Below, piece after piece: positions 11,900-23,869 of a stretch of 50,684 bases of DNA; within the stretch, counting starts at the first letter, position 1; each line of letters opens with the position of its first letter. The DNA comes from Octopus bimaculoides (Eukaryota). The position numbers and the translations under genes were made by a program. Under the pieces are notes generated by a model. The model saw only the letters and a program-made list of their open reading frames with translations, searched no databases and was not told where the DNA came from. Location of the stretch: contig NC_068981.1 in NCBI RefSeq assembly GCF_001194135.2, forward strand, positions 101,579,601-101,630,284, read 5' to 3'.

Positions 11900-12290
11900 T
11901 AGTATAATGTAAAGGATAGAGAGACATGGGACTTTGGATGCAGAGGATTTGTGAAGACTAAAAAGAAATGAAGTGAGCATACTCTGCTGGGTGTGTAATG
12001 TTAGCGAGTATGATTGACAAAACATAAAGGAAGTGACAGGAACTATGTATAAAAGAAAGCAAATGCAGTGTACAAGAGAGAAGGCTGTGTTGGTACAAAC
12101 ATATGATACATTTGGAGAATGACAGCTGTATAAAGAAGTGCTAATCAGTCAAAATAGCTAGACTTTGTGGAAGAGGAAGGCCTAGGAAGACTTGGGATAA
12201 AATTGTGATGACTGACCTCAAGATACTGCAACTCAGGAAAAAGATGACAAAGGATTGCAATGATTGTGAAAGCTGGTTCTATAGGTAATC
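11900..12290 (+). mobile_element. RTE LINE ORF2 3' fragment (decayed)
   Basis: ETW(D)LDAEDL..RNEVSILCWVCNVS, VQERRLCWYKHM, CIKKC, CGRGRPRKTWDKIVMTDLKIL. Confidence 0.8.
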
Positions 12291-14504
12291 TGCATACCTG
12301 GACTCATATGGAGAAAATACACTGCAGTAGCAGATATAGAGACTGGGTCATATATCTACTTTAAAGTGTCTCACTCATTAACTTCCTACACAGTATCCAT
12401 CTGCTTATCTTCTCCCTACCTACTTGGCACCCTCTCATCTTTATCACTCTATCCTATTCATTATGCCACATCACATAAGGGATAGTAGTGAATGTGTCTT
12501 TATTCAGTCAACCTCATGCCACTATTCATATCACTAATCCTCTCTCTCTCTCTTTTCTATCCTGATGTCTATGTAACAAGAGATTATATTAGTTCCAATA
12601 TACCACCCCCATCACTACACTTCTGTATTGCTAGCTGTTGATCCTCTTCCTCTCCAGGTCTCCTCTCCATTATTGACATCCCTCACTCTTTTACCATCAT
12701 CCAGCCTGTCTCTATGACCCTCATTCATTTGCTCGCTCTCACATTTGTACCAGCATCCATTATCATTTTGCACTTCTCGCCATCACTCTTTTCCCAGGTT
12801 ACTCATTAATATCTTTTGCTCCATTATGAGTGACCATCTCTATAATTATTCACCATTCTCTTTAAAAACTAGGAAGCATATAACTGCCTCACTGCTTTTC
12901 CCGCATTAGTTCATTGCCATTACTGTTTCTCTTCCATTATTCCTCCTTGAACTGTCTCTGCCATTAATCCACATATCTCTACAATCCTGCGTATAGGTTG
13001 GGTTTGTAGGTGAAAATGGGCTCAAAAGGGTTTAGAGTGTCTGTGAGTTGATCAAGGATGAGAGTATATTGTGATACTAATTGTTACAGACACTATAATT
13101 TGTGGACATTGAAGTTGTCAAGGAAGATTTCTTCAGATTGAGGTGATGTGAAATTATTTGATGCAATATGAAAGATAATGGAAGGATTAACATTGTGGTA
13201 GAAACAGAAGATACTCTTACCCATGGGGTCAGGTTCCTGCTTTATTTGGAAGCAGACTGTCTCTAGTTTGTCACTTGTATCATCTGAAAAATCTTAGCAC
13301 TACATTATGGAAGTTATGATAGGATTCAGTGCATCAAAATATCAATTTATCCCTAGACTTGTTTGAAAGGACTCTACTAAAACCCTCCAGGGTCAACAAG
13401 TGATGTTAAAGTGGGCAGCCTATTAACTCCCACTGCCAAAAGAAATTGTGGTTATTGTTACTGTTGTTTAATCTCGTGTTACTTCTATCCAATCAAATCT
13501 TTGGTCAATGACATTCCAGCTGCGAACATCTAGTGTTTTCTTTTTCAAAGTATAGTGTACTCTTGACTACATCATCTAATATAACATATTCTAAGTCATT
13601 GAACTGCAGTTTGAGGAAGACTCGTCAGCTATTTCTAACAGGCTGAATGGCTCATGGTGTTTTATCGTTGCCTTGAATGTACTTGCTGTTTTATAATTGC
13701 ACCGGCACTGGAGTGGTTGTCTTACTTGTCTGAAAGCCCTTCTGCTCTGTACTGATTCTTTTGTGGTTCAGACAGGGCCATTAGACAAGTTGCTTTTACT
13801 GAGACAGTTCTTTGATATTTGGTTCCTACAGAAAGATGGGTAATCATAGATACAAAGCTGGATGGCATGATAAAAAGGAAACAATGGATTTAGTTAAAGA
13901 AATAAATAGTTTTGATTGACCATTGAGAATGTCAGAGTGAAATGTAGCAAAGGAAGATAATTTTGTGAGTACGTATGAGAGAGGGCAGCAGTTACAATGG
14001 TAGTGTTCTTCAAGATACTTTTAAAGCAGTAACAGAGAAAGGAAGAGTGATGATAATGATGATGAGGACAATGAGGAGGATGGTGGTGGTGAAAATTCAC
14101 TAAGAAATGTCTAACAAGTATGATATGAAAGCGAATGAGAAGTGATATGAACATCAATAAAATACGATAATGGACAATGTCCATAGTAAATTTACGTTGT
14201 ATTTTTCAATGTAGTCAGATGATACTAATGAAATATGTTGGCCAGATTTGATACTAATTGATAACAAAATGAATACATGCCAGTTAATTGATTTTGCCAT
14301 TCTCTGTTATTATAGAACTAGCTTGAAAGGAAAAGAGCAGATCGATAAGCACAAGAATCTAAATCTAAGAAGCCAGAGAAATTATGGTATATTCAGGTGT
14401 TTACAATGCCCAATGAGATTGATGCACCAAAAATTGTACCAAAAATAAAACTAGTTGAAGATTTACAAAGAATTAACCTTAAGCTCTGAATCCATCACCA
14501 ACAG

Positions 14505-14690
14505 AAGGTGGTGTATTAGTAGAATCATTAGAGTAGCAGACAAAATGCCTTCTCTTGTTTGTTCTGGTTCTTTACATACTGAGTTCAAATCCTACCTTTG
14601 CCTTTCATCATTCCAGGGTCAATAAATAAAGTACCAGTGAAGCACAGGGGTTGATAATATGACTTGTATTCTTGTAACAAATTAATGATC
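14505..14690 (+). mobile_element. SINE family B (decayed)
   Basis: CTGAGTTCAAATCC..TTTGCCTTTCATCATTCCAGGGTCAATAAATAAAGTACCAG. Confidence 0.6.
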
Positions 14691-15072
14691 TTGTTTTTTT
14701 ATAAGAAATAATTAACGTTTCAAGAAAGTGAAAGTTTGTTGCAGCTGTTTAACCCAGGACAGCACTCCAAACCACCATTGCTACATTATCAGGAAGGAGG
14801 CCAATCTTGGTCAAAATAGACAGCATCATGGCCATAGCTTGACTTACTTGTCTTTGAATGGAAAATTCGATCTTTTGTTATTCCAGGAACAGAATTTACT
14901 AAATAGTGTAATCTTAGAGTGAAACTATACTCCCAAATAATATACTTTTCACAGAGTTTCCAAAGTCCTTTTTTCTCACAGTAGTTACTTACTAACAGAG
15001 GTTAGCAAAGTTTTATTGTTTGCGGAAGGCTTTTAGCTTACCATTGCTTAAAGCATTTTTCATGCAGCCTTT

Positions 15073-15265
15073 CTTTTACTTATTTCAGTCATTTGACTGT
15101 GGCCATGCTGGAGCACCACCTTGAAGGGTTTTCTAGTTGGACAAATTAACTCCGGAACTTCTATTTTTTAAGCCTGGTACTTATTCTATTGGTCTCTTTT
15201 GCTGAACTGCTAAGTAACAGGGAAATAAACACACCAACACTGGTTGTCAAGTGGGGAAAACACAG
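15073..15265 (-). mobile_element. SINE family A, 3' part
   Basis: TTTTACTTATTTCAGTCATTTGACTGTGGCCATGCTGGAGCACC..AAGCCTGGTACTTATTCTATTGGTCTCTTTTGCTGAACTGCTAAG matches 40340-40520. Confidence 0.8.
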
Positions 15266-15771
15266 ATACCAATAACACTCCACCTATGACCAACCTGTCA
15301 TATTTTCCAATGTATTTAGGACTATAGTACCAAATGTATTCTTCTATACTTAAGATGGAATGATAAAATTTGGCTACTATTTCTTACAGATTGAGCAAAA
15401 ACATACCGACTCTCACATTAGTTTGAATTAGGGTTAGGGTAGTGTTCAATCAATTCTAGTTTCAGACTCAAAAGCTTTTTCAGGGTTTTTTAAACAAGGT
15501 GTTATGACACCCTAGAGTGTCATAGATTGAGATTGCCAGCAAGTTCTTTTCAGGAGGTTATATTTTTTCACCCTGATACATCTTCTCCACCATCATCTCT
15601 CTCTCCTCTCTTTTTTCCATCTGAAGTTACCATCTGTCTCCTCTGCTGCAAGACACCTGTTTCTGTCCCTTACTTTAACCTCTCAAGATCTGGCAAAAAG
15701 TCACCTCACTTAACACCACTCCCCTTCTCAGTTGCGAGGTCTTTTGTCTTACAAGTTACTTAGTGACCTCT

Positions 15772-15965
15772 CACTGGTGCCACATAAAAAGCACCCAGTT
15801 ATATTCTGTAAAGTGGTTGGCATTTGGAAGGGCATCCAGCCATAGAAACCAAACCATGCTAAAACAGACAGTAGAGCTTGGCACCAGTCCTCTGGCTCAT
15901 CAGCTGCTTTCCAACCATTCAACCCATGCCAGCATGGAAAATGGACATTAAATAGTAATGATGTT
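15772..15965 (+). mobile_element. RTE 3'UTR-family copy
   Basis: AAAAAGCACCCAG..AAGTGGTTGGCATTTGGAAGGGCATCCAGCCATAGAAAC..CAACCCATGCCAGCATGGAAAATGGACATTAAA. Confidence 0.75.
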
Positions 15966-16135
15966 GAAGATGGGTGTTGTGTACCTTTAGTATAGGGAGA
16001 TAGGGTGACAAAGTCATAGAAATGTTGGGAATTATTGGACTATTTCATTATGAAAAAAGGTGGGGCAGGTAACAAGTGTAAAGATAGGCTATAGCAGTCC
16101 ACTGGATGTATCCTTCTTCATGTCTCAAGGCTTTT

Positions 16136-16482
16136 CATCATCATCATTATCATTGTTTAACGTCCGTTTTCCATGCTAGCATGGGTTGGACGATTTGACT
16201 GAGGACTGGTGAAACCAGATGGCTACACCAGGATCCAATCTGATTTGGCAGAGTTTCTACAGCTGGATGCCCTTCCTAACGCCAACCACTCTGAGATTGT
16301 AGTGGGTGCTTTTACGTGCCACCGGCATGAAGGCCAGTCAGGCGGTACTGGCAATGGCAACACTCAAAATGGTGTATTTTACATGCCACCTGCACAGGAG
16401 CCAGTTCAGCGGCACTGGCAACGATCTCGCTCAAATGTCTTTACACATGCCATCTGGCACAAGTGCCAGGAAGGCGATGCTT
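16136..16482 (-). mobile_element. RTE 3'UTR-family copy (CpG-retaining, probably young)
   Basis: (TCA)n tail followed by TTTAACGTCCGTTTTCCATGCTAGCATGGGTTGG..., the reverse complement of the family. Confidence 0.85.
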
Positions 16483-16534
16483 TTAGTTGTACTATTAACT
16501 CTTTAATACTGCGACATTAATTTGACTGACCAGG

Positions 16535-16700
16535 TACTCTGTTAAGTCTTAATACTAATTTTTGCCTGCTGAATGGACTGGGGTAATGTATATAGTAAAG
16601 TGCCTTGCTCAAGAGCACAACAAACTTCTTGGACCAGGAATCAAACCCATGACTTTACACTGAGAACCCAGTTGATAAACCACCAAGTCATGTACTTTCA
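16535..16700 (-). mobile_element. SINE family C, 5' half
   Basis: AAAGTGCCTTGCTCAAGAGCACAAC..GGAATCAAACCCATGAC is the reverse complement of the family C head and body. Confidence 0.6.
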
Positions 16701-16820
16701 TATAACTGTTTCTCATAATTTTTACTCCAAATTCAGCAGAATTATTAATGTTTGTATTACTATAAACATAAATTTACCCAAATGTGTTTATTAAGGTGGA
16801 GCAAACAGTTTGATTTATTA

Positions 16821-16950
16821 AATTTTGTATTAATAAAATTTAATTTAATGCTATATAATTTGGTATTAATAGAAGTGAATTTAATGCTATTTGATTTTGT
16901 AGTAAGGAAATTTAATTTAATGCTATTTAATTTTGCGTTAATATAATTTA
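16821..16950. repeat. 36-bp AT-rich minisatellite, about 3.5 copies
   Basis: AATTTTGTATTAATAAAATTTAATTTAATGCTATAT-like units start at 16821, 16857, 16893 and 16929. Confidence 0.85.
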
Positions 16951-17319
16951 GCTTAGGTTGTCAAGTATCTTGAATTTTTTTTTTCTAAATTTCCAATCCA
17001 CAGATCTCAGTTGTTACCTTAGGAAGTTCTATGAATGTTCAGTTAATTTCTAACTTTGAAAATCTTCAGTTCCTGGAACACATATTAATTGTGTTAGTAT
17101 AAGTGATAAGAGAGAGAGAGAGAATGAAAAAGAAAAGCATTAGTCATGTCATCATTTACAAGCATCAATTCTGAGAGAGGGAGAGAGACAATGAGTGTCT
17201 TCTGAGCTCTCTAGAGATATTTAACTGTCAGTAAGTTATCATTTCTGATATCTTAGACACCAATTGGTCTCTTGGAGCACTGAGTGAGTCAGAGATGTAA
17301 TGAAGAAGAAAAAGAAGAA

Positions 17320-17830
17320 AGAAGAATCAACCCCAAGTTTTGACTGGTACTTGATTTATTTTTAATTAACTGGTTGGGGTGGTGGGGACACTGTGTCCAT
17401 CACCCTTTTTAGGGTCTCTGAGACTGGTGGATGAGAAGGAGGAAGGTATCACCACACCAGAAACCTGATCCAAATACGTTCAACATAATGGACTCAGCTA
17501 ATTGCACCATGGTATTAATTTGAACTCAGAATGCAAGGAGATGAAACAAATAGTGCAAGGAAACGGTCAGTTCACTACTCTAGACAGGTAGTTTGATTGG
17601 CGATAATGGGTTGAAAGGTAAGATTGACCTTGATAGGAATTTAACTCAGAATGCAAAATACTGGAATAAATAACATTTCTGCCAATTTGCCAATCCCCAA
17701 AAGAACGAAAGAAAACATTGACTTCAGCAGGATTTGAACTTGGAGCACAGAGGGCTGGAACAAATACAGCAGCAGAGTCTTTCTGATGCTGTAATGACCA
17801 GTTATGTACTGGAAACCAACTGAATTGACT
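17320..17830 (-). mobile_element. Cluster of decayed SINE family B fragments
   Basis: Repeated GAATTTGAACTCAGAATG-like motifs at about 17518, 17637 and 17731, and TGACTGGTACTT at 17341. Confidence 0.45.
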
Positions 17831-18499
17831 ATACCAAATTTAACTCACACCTTTGTAGTTGTAGCTTTGTGCTAACATGAGAAATCATCACTTTATTGGC
17901 GCATCTGTTCATCTTAACCATAAGAAGTCTTTTAATGGGGCAATTAATTCAGCAGCTTTAAAGGTAGGGTTTAGAAACAAGAAAATAAAATCTCCAGCCA
18001 CCAGCTTACATGCATACACACAAGAAAAGAAGAAAGGTTTCAACACTATGAAGTATGAAAGATCAGATCAGGATAAAAGAAATTTAAGAGGAAACACAAG
18101 GAAAACTTAAGAAAATATGTAAGAAAAAAAATAAAAACATAAAAAGTATATAAATAAATGTCAGTAATTTACATCACTTAAAAATAATTTTAATAGAATT
18201 AAAATAGATGGAATGAAATGAAATAGTTTCAAAAATCACCTGTTCATTTTCCCTAATTCACTTAAAGGAAAAAAACAAGAATAAATTTACAATAAATAAT
18301 AAAGAAAATAACTCTCCACACACACACACACATATATATATATAAGGAAAAGAAATTATAAAAATAGAGAGCTGTAAAATTATTCTGTATTAAAATATGG
18401 AAAATGAAAAAAAAAAATTGAAACTGGGGCAGGGAGACTGAAGTATCTGGAATGAACAGTATAAAAGTAACAGAGAATTATAGAAAGAAATTTTGCACG

Positions 18500-18530
<31 letters not shown>

Positions 18531-18664
18531 ATTTGACATACATACAACCTTGCATGTAGACATGCGTACATACACATTCAAATCTCACTTTTTATTTCTA
18601 CATCATATATGTACAATACATTCACACATACATACTGATTTTAAATTATGATACAAAGCCAGCA

Positions 18665-18810
18665 ACCTTAGTGCTCCGCTGGAACTTATTTTATCGACCC
18701 CAAAAGGATGAAAAATGAAGCTGACCTCAGTGGAATTTGAACTCAGAATGTAAAACCAAACAAAATGCTGCTAAGTATTTTGCCCTGTGTGGTAACAAAT
18801 CTATCAGCTT
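18665..18810 (-). mobile_element. SINE family B (CpG-decayed)
   Basis: TTTTATCGACCCCAAAAGGATGAAAAATGAAGCTGACCTCAGTGGAATTTGAACTCAGAATG. Confidence 0.7.
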
Positions 18811-18839
18811 ATACATTGTATACATATAGTCATCATTTC

Positions 18840-21100
18840 ACTTTAATATTTTTCCATGCTTGCAGAGGTTAGATATATCTTCTCTAGCACAAAATTGCAC
18901 CATTTGTTGCAGTCCACTTATCTCTTTTGGGATGTTCAGCTTCTTGTGAGGACTCTCCATATCTTTCTCAGTTTCTCATCCATACCTTTCTACTTCAATT
19001 GCAATGCTTTTCTTTATTCAGCTATTATTCTTCATACACATCACAACTCCATATCAATGCAGTCTTCCTTATAATTTTTTTCTTCTCTCATTTGTGCTTT
19101 GTCATTTCTGTATTACACTAACATTACACATCCAGTGGAGTGTGTTTGTTTCATTTCTTCCCAGTCTTCACACATCCTCCGTATCCAATGCCTTTGTTGC
19201 TCTACCATGCAACATTGCACTTCATCATACAATCTGCTACTCAACAGAGAGGGAATTCTTTTGTTGTTAGTAATAGTAACTTCTCCTTGGAAATTTTCTA
19301 CTCCATTCTTGCTTTGGCTATGATGCTTTTATAACACTCATCTCCACAGTCAATTAGGGCATTTAGGTAACAGAAGCTACCCAATATTCTCAACAAGTTT
19401 TCCAAACATTTGAAAACAAAACTCATTTCAAGGAGGCTCTAACTGCTAACTACTTCAGTGTAGCTGTTACATTTGAAGTTTTCTGATTACCTGTTTACAT
19501 TGGGTACACCATATAGAATTCCTACTTATCCCTTTTCTGCATCTTGAACATTGCTGCTTATCAAATTGCTGTAGAGATGGGTTTTTGATTTGCCAATCAA
19601 AATTTTTTGATTTTTGCTAATCAAATTTTTTTGTTTTGCTAATCAAAATTTTTTTGTTTACTTTAGTAAACTTCACAAAAAGCCTAATTCACGTATTTGC
19701 TTCGTTGTCAGAAATTTCTTATCTAGTCATTAAAAGTTTTAGATATGAGAAATAAGTTATCAGCATATAAGAGTTCTCATGAACAACTGGTATTAAATTC
19801 CCCTGTTACGGTCAGGGGCTGAGAAGTGAGCCTTGATGGACACCTACCTGCATGTTAAATTTTTTGCTAAACTCATTGCTAACTCTCACTGTGCTAATGG
19901 CATCTCTGTATGTGGCTTATATAGATCTCAAGTTATTCAGTTACGCCCAGTTTTCTTAGTGGTCACCAGATATGAATATGATACCATCACAAAAGCTTTC
20001 TCCAGGTTGACAAATGCTACGTATAGTGGCTTACTCTTAAGACCTGAAGATTTAAACTGAGAAGAGGGTATCTGTGACACCCCATCTTGGTACAAACTTA
20101 AACTGTACCTCTTAACCTAGCAAATCAGTTGTACTATCACTCTTTTGGCTTCTTTTATAACTTCCCTATCAGTCTGATACCTCTATAGTTACTTCTTCCT
20201 CGAGTTCCTTTGTCTTTGTTAATGCAATGCCAGTAACCAGGTATGAACATCCTGGTTCAACCTGATTGAGTATGCTTGCAACCAGTATGTGTCCTACATG
20301 GTTGGATATTGACTGCAACTTAATTATCTGATGGTCAAGCTGGTTTCCATTTTTGTTTTTTTCCAATTGTGCTTTCAACTTTACAGCTGTAAACTTCAAT
20401 AGCTGCTCCTTCTGCTGGGTCTACATAGGACAATCTTACCATCTCCCACACATTCTCCTCATTTAACAACCTCTCATTGTAGCTTCTCCATGTTTTTTAC
20501 TTTTTGGCATCAGAGAGGGATTCTGTGCTGTAATCATTCTACTTTCACTTTCCTCTAACAATGTTTTGATTCATGCCAAGGAACTTCTTTGCAATCTTCT
20601 GATTCTTTCACCACATCTTTCATTTCAGCTTTTCTGTGCTAAATTTTTCTTTTAGCTACTTTATCATTATTCCTGGCTCCCACTTTCTTCTATTCTTTCT
20701 ACACCCCTCTCTTATCTTTTATGGCTCAATCTATTGTAGAATTCTATCACTATGTTAACCTTTCATTTTGCTACTATCTTAATCCACCCATAGATTTGAT
20801 GTGTCTTGCTACAGATAGAAACTTCCAGTTATCCTCTTGGTTATAAGTATCCATTTCCTCACTTTCTCATTATATGTGTTGACTAGTACTTATCTGAATA
20901 TCTACATCTGGTTGAGGGATCTTTCAGCTTCCATATAATCCTTTTCCAGATGTTTTTGTGCTCCCAAATCCATCACACTCTAACCTGTACATCACTGACC
21001 AGTAGTCTATTTATCAATAAAGGATTTAGTCTTCACAACTTTTTACTTATTGTCACCAGTCTTAATATTGAGATAGCTGTCATTCTTTATTGAGGTACTC
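18840..21100 (-). pseudogene. Decayed RTE LINE ORF2 (end of endonuclease, RT, C-terminus), about 2.2 kb
   Basis: Minus-strand motifs in the correct order: RLLVSD (~21000), TWRSYNERLLNEENVW (~20470), RSNYRG (~20185), KPLYVAFVNLEKAF (~20030-19991), VGVHQGSLLSP (~19845), ELLYADNL (YADD; 19767-19756), CSRCRKGISRNSIWCTQCK, SFCYL, HWMCNVSV. Confidence 0.85.
19583..19658. repeat. ~22-bp tandem repeat (TTTTGCTAATCAAAATTTTTTG), 3 copies, inside the RTE copy
   Basis: Direct inspection. Confidence 0.75.
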
Positions 21101-21415
21101 TATGAAGTTTTCTTACTGATTGCCTCTGTAAAATGATTGTTCACTTGTTGGTCCTGATTGAGATGTATATGTCGACCTTGGTGAGATTTGAACTCAGAAC
21201 ATTTAAGAATGCTGCAAAGAATTTTTATGATGCTCTAACAATTCTATCAACTTGCCATCTTGATATATAGTAATTTTTATATTGTCATGGCACAGAGAAG
21301 GAACTCTTGATTAATTGATCCCAATACTTCATGCAACAGCATGCTATCCTTTACATCACTTTAATCCACTAATATCACTAGACAAACGATTTTGCTACTG
21401 GGGTAAAAGCATGTA

Positions 21416-21872
21416 CTTTAGATTAAACCGAGGATTCTGATTCCAAATCTGCATTCAGAATTGTTCTAGCACATCAGAATTTTGAGTTATGTGCAAGATT
21501 ATAACTATACTTTCTGCTAGATATAGGCCATATTATAAAATTTGCTAAAATGAAAGCGGTCTTAATTCAAAATTAAAGAAATAACAGCAATAAAATAAAT
21601 GATGAGAAAAATCATTATTTAGTTTAGCAATAGATAGCACTGATGTATTGTGTGCAAGCAGCAGAAACGTCAGTTTGTTCTTGGTAGCTCTCAGTGCCGT
21701 ATGCACTGCTGTCATGTGTGATATGTGTATCTCTCACTCTTTACCTTGAACTTAACTATTCCTGATACTAATATAGTATTAATATATAATTATGTGCGTA
21801 ACTCAAAAAATCCTGACGTGCTACAGCAATTCTGAATTCAGATTTGGTATTAGCGTACATGATTTAGTTTAG
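21416..21872. mobile_element. MITE-like element with ~85-bp imperfect TIRs and TA flanks
   Basis: CCAAATCTGCATTCAGAATTGTTCTAGCACATCAGAATTTTGAGTTATGTGCA (from 21443) is complementary to TGCGTAACTCAAAAAATCCTGACGTGCTACAGCAATTCTGAATTCAGATTTGG (to 21847); TA at 21414-21415 and 21873-21874. Confidence 0.6.
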
Positions 21873-23289
21873 TACAGTACCATTTGTCTGGGTAGCAGAC
21901 GATAAATTTTTTTGTTGCCCAGTGCATTCTTTCTACAAGCCTGCAATTTTGGGGGAGGGAGCTAGTCGATTTTATTGATCCCATTACTTGACTGGTACCT
22001 ATTTTATCAACACTAGAAGGATGAAAAGCAATGTTAACCCCAGAATATAAATCCACTAATATAAACAATCTCTAACAATTGTACAGTCCAAGTTTGTAAG
22101 CAATATGTTGCAGTTGATTCAACACCAGTACACCAGTGGTTATCTACTGTCATAGTAAGCCACTGTCTTCAATATATTAATGTCTAACATGGGCCCAAAG
22201 CTTTACATTTTGGGAAAGGTTATAATTGATTAAATTGACCTTTTACATGACTAATACATATTTTATCAAACCCTTAAGGGATGATTATTCCAGAATTTGA
22301 ACAGAGAATTGAAAGGGATAGGATGAAGTGGTGCAATGTGTTTTTATTCCATCATATTCTGCTCATTTTGTCCCAATTCTATTTTACTACCTACATGTCA
22401 GACATAAAAATCTTTTGCTACAGAAAACAAATAATTGTAGTGTAGCAAATTATCACACAAAGAATGAAACAAAATACATATAGAAACTAAAGCATACCTA
22501 TTTAGCTCCTTCAACTTTCTAAGTTCAATTCCCAGTCAGATGGAATTAATCGTTTATCTTTCTGTCAAATGATAAAATAATAGCTATCAAATACAGAGGT
22601 GGAGCCAACCAACAATAACACTTTCTTCCCTGCATTATTGCCACCCTGGCACTGCAGTAAAAAAAAAAAAAATCAATATTTTGGGTTATGTCCCCAACTA
22701 TTAACTGTGTCTATTTTATTTCTTTTACACTGCTAATACTCACAATAAAATTATAAACATTACTTGGTCTCATCAACCTTTAATTTCTTCTTGCTTTTAT
22801 TGTCCTCTATAAATTATAAGCCTTTTGTGTAAAAAAAAACTAAATTGTTTTCTGACAGACAAAGACTGTTGAATTGTTATGTAATTATTGTTGTATATAA
22901 CATTGATATATCACTTAGACAAAAATGGTTTACTTAAAGAGAAAGATGTTGAAGCTTTTCTCCTTTGAAACATTTCTATTATGACATAAATGGCATAATA
23001 ATGCACACTTTTTCTTATTCTTTTTATACAGCAGCTGACCTTGTTTGTTTATATTACATATCTTCAAAGATTCAGCAAATTAGAGTTATATAGATTGCTT
23101 TTTTGCATTAAATCACAGATAACATTGAGATATTTCACTGAGTTAATTACAATCTGTGAACACAATTAGGATATTCTATAATTTAAAACATCAAAATCTT
23201 AACTAGAATGGTATATTTTAGGATTTTCTTAGCATATAACCACAAGCACACATATGCTCACAAATACATTTGGATACAAGTGTGTATGT

Positions 23290-23645
23290 GTAGGTATATA
23301 TATATGTATACATGTTTGTTTATGTGTGTGTATGTATATATATATGTGTGTGTATATGTGTGTGTGTGTGTGTATATGTTTGTGTATGGCTATATTTTTA
23401 TGACTGTGTGTGGCCATGTTTTTACGACTGTGTGGCTATACTTTTATGAGTGTGTGTGGCTATATTTTCATGTGTGTGCCGTTATATTTTTATGTGCACG
23501 TGTGGCTATATTTTATGTGTGTGTGTGTGTGTGTGGCTATATTTTTATCTGTGTATGTATGTGGTTATATTTCTATGTGTGTGTGTATGGCTATATTTTT
23601 GTATGTGTGTGGAGCTATATTTTTACGTGTGTGTGTGTGTGTGTG
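23290..23645. repeat. (TG)n-based degenerate minisatellite, unit about TGTGTGTGGCTATATTTTTA
   Basis: About 10 GGCTATATTTT-like motifs separated by TG tracts. Confidence 0.85.
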
Positions 23646-23671
23646 GGGGGGGGGAATAAAGATTGTACAAT

Positions 23672-23869
23672 CCTCAGCATTCAAGGCCCTGCCAGTTCAG
23701 TTGTCCTTATCCTTCAAAGCCCTGTCAGTTCAGTAGTCCTTATCATTCAAAACCCTGTCAGTTCAGTAGTCCTTATCATTCAAAACCCTGTCAGTTCAGT
23801 AGTTCTCAGCATTCAAAGCCCTGTCAGTTCAGTAGTTCTCAGCATTCAAAGCCCTGTCAGTTCAGTAAT
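23672..23869. repeat. 33-bp minisatellite, 6 copies
   Basis: (C/T)CT(C/T)A(G/T)CATTCAAA(G/A)CCCTGTCAGTTCAGTAGT units in exact 33-bp register. Confidence 0.95.

Noticed and set aside
14320-14490. Protein-like frame QESKSKKPEKLWYIQVFTMPNEIDAPKIVPK
   Set aside because: Short, bounded by stops, no recognised motif and no matching splice pair.
15428-15440. TTAGGG telomere-like units (also ~26308 and ~31836)
   Set aside because: At most two units; expected by chance or as part of repeats.
17845-17955. Candidate minus-strand exon with a GTGAGT donor and a polypyrimidine acceptor
   Set aside because: All three frames contain stops.
23672-23869. CRISPR-like regular repeats (also 50403-50483)
   Set aside because: Units are contiguous with no unique spacers, the context is eukaryotic, and there are no cas genes.
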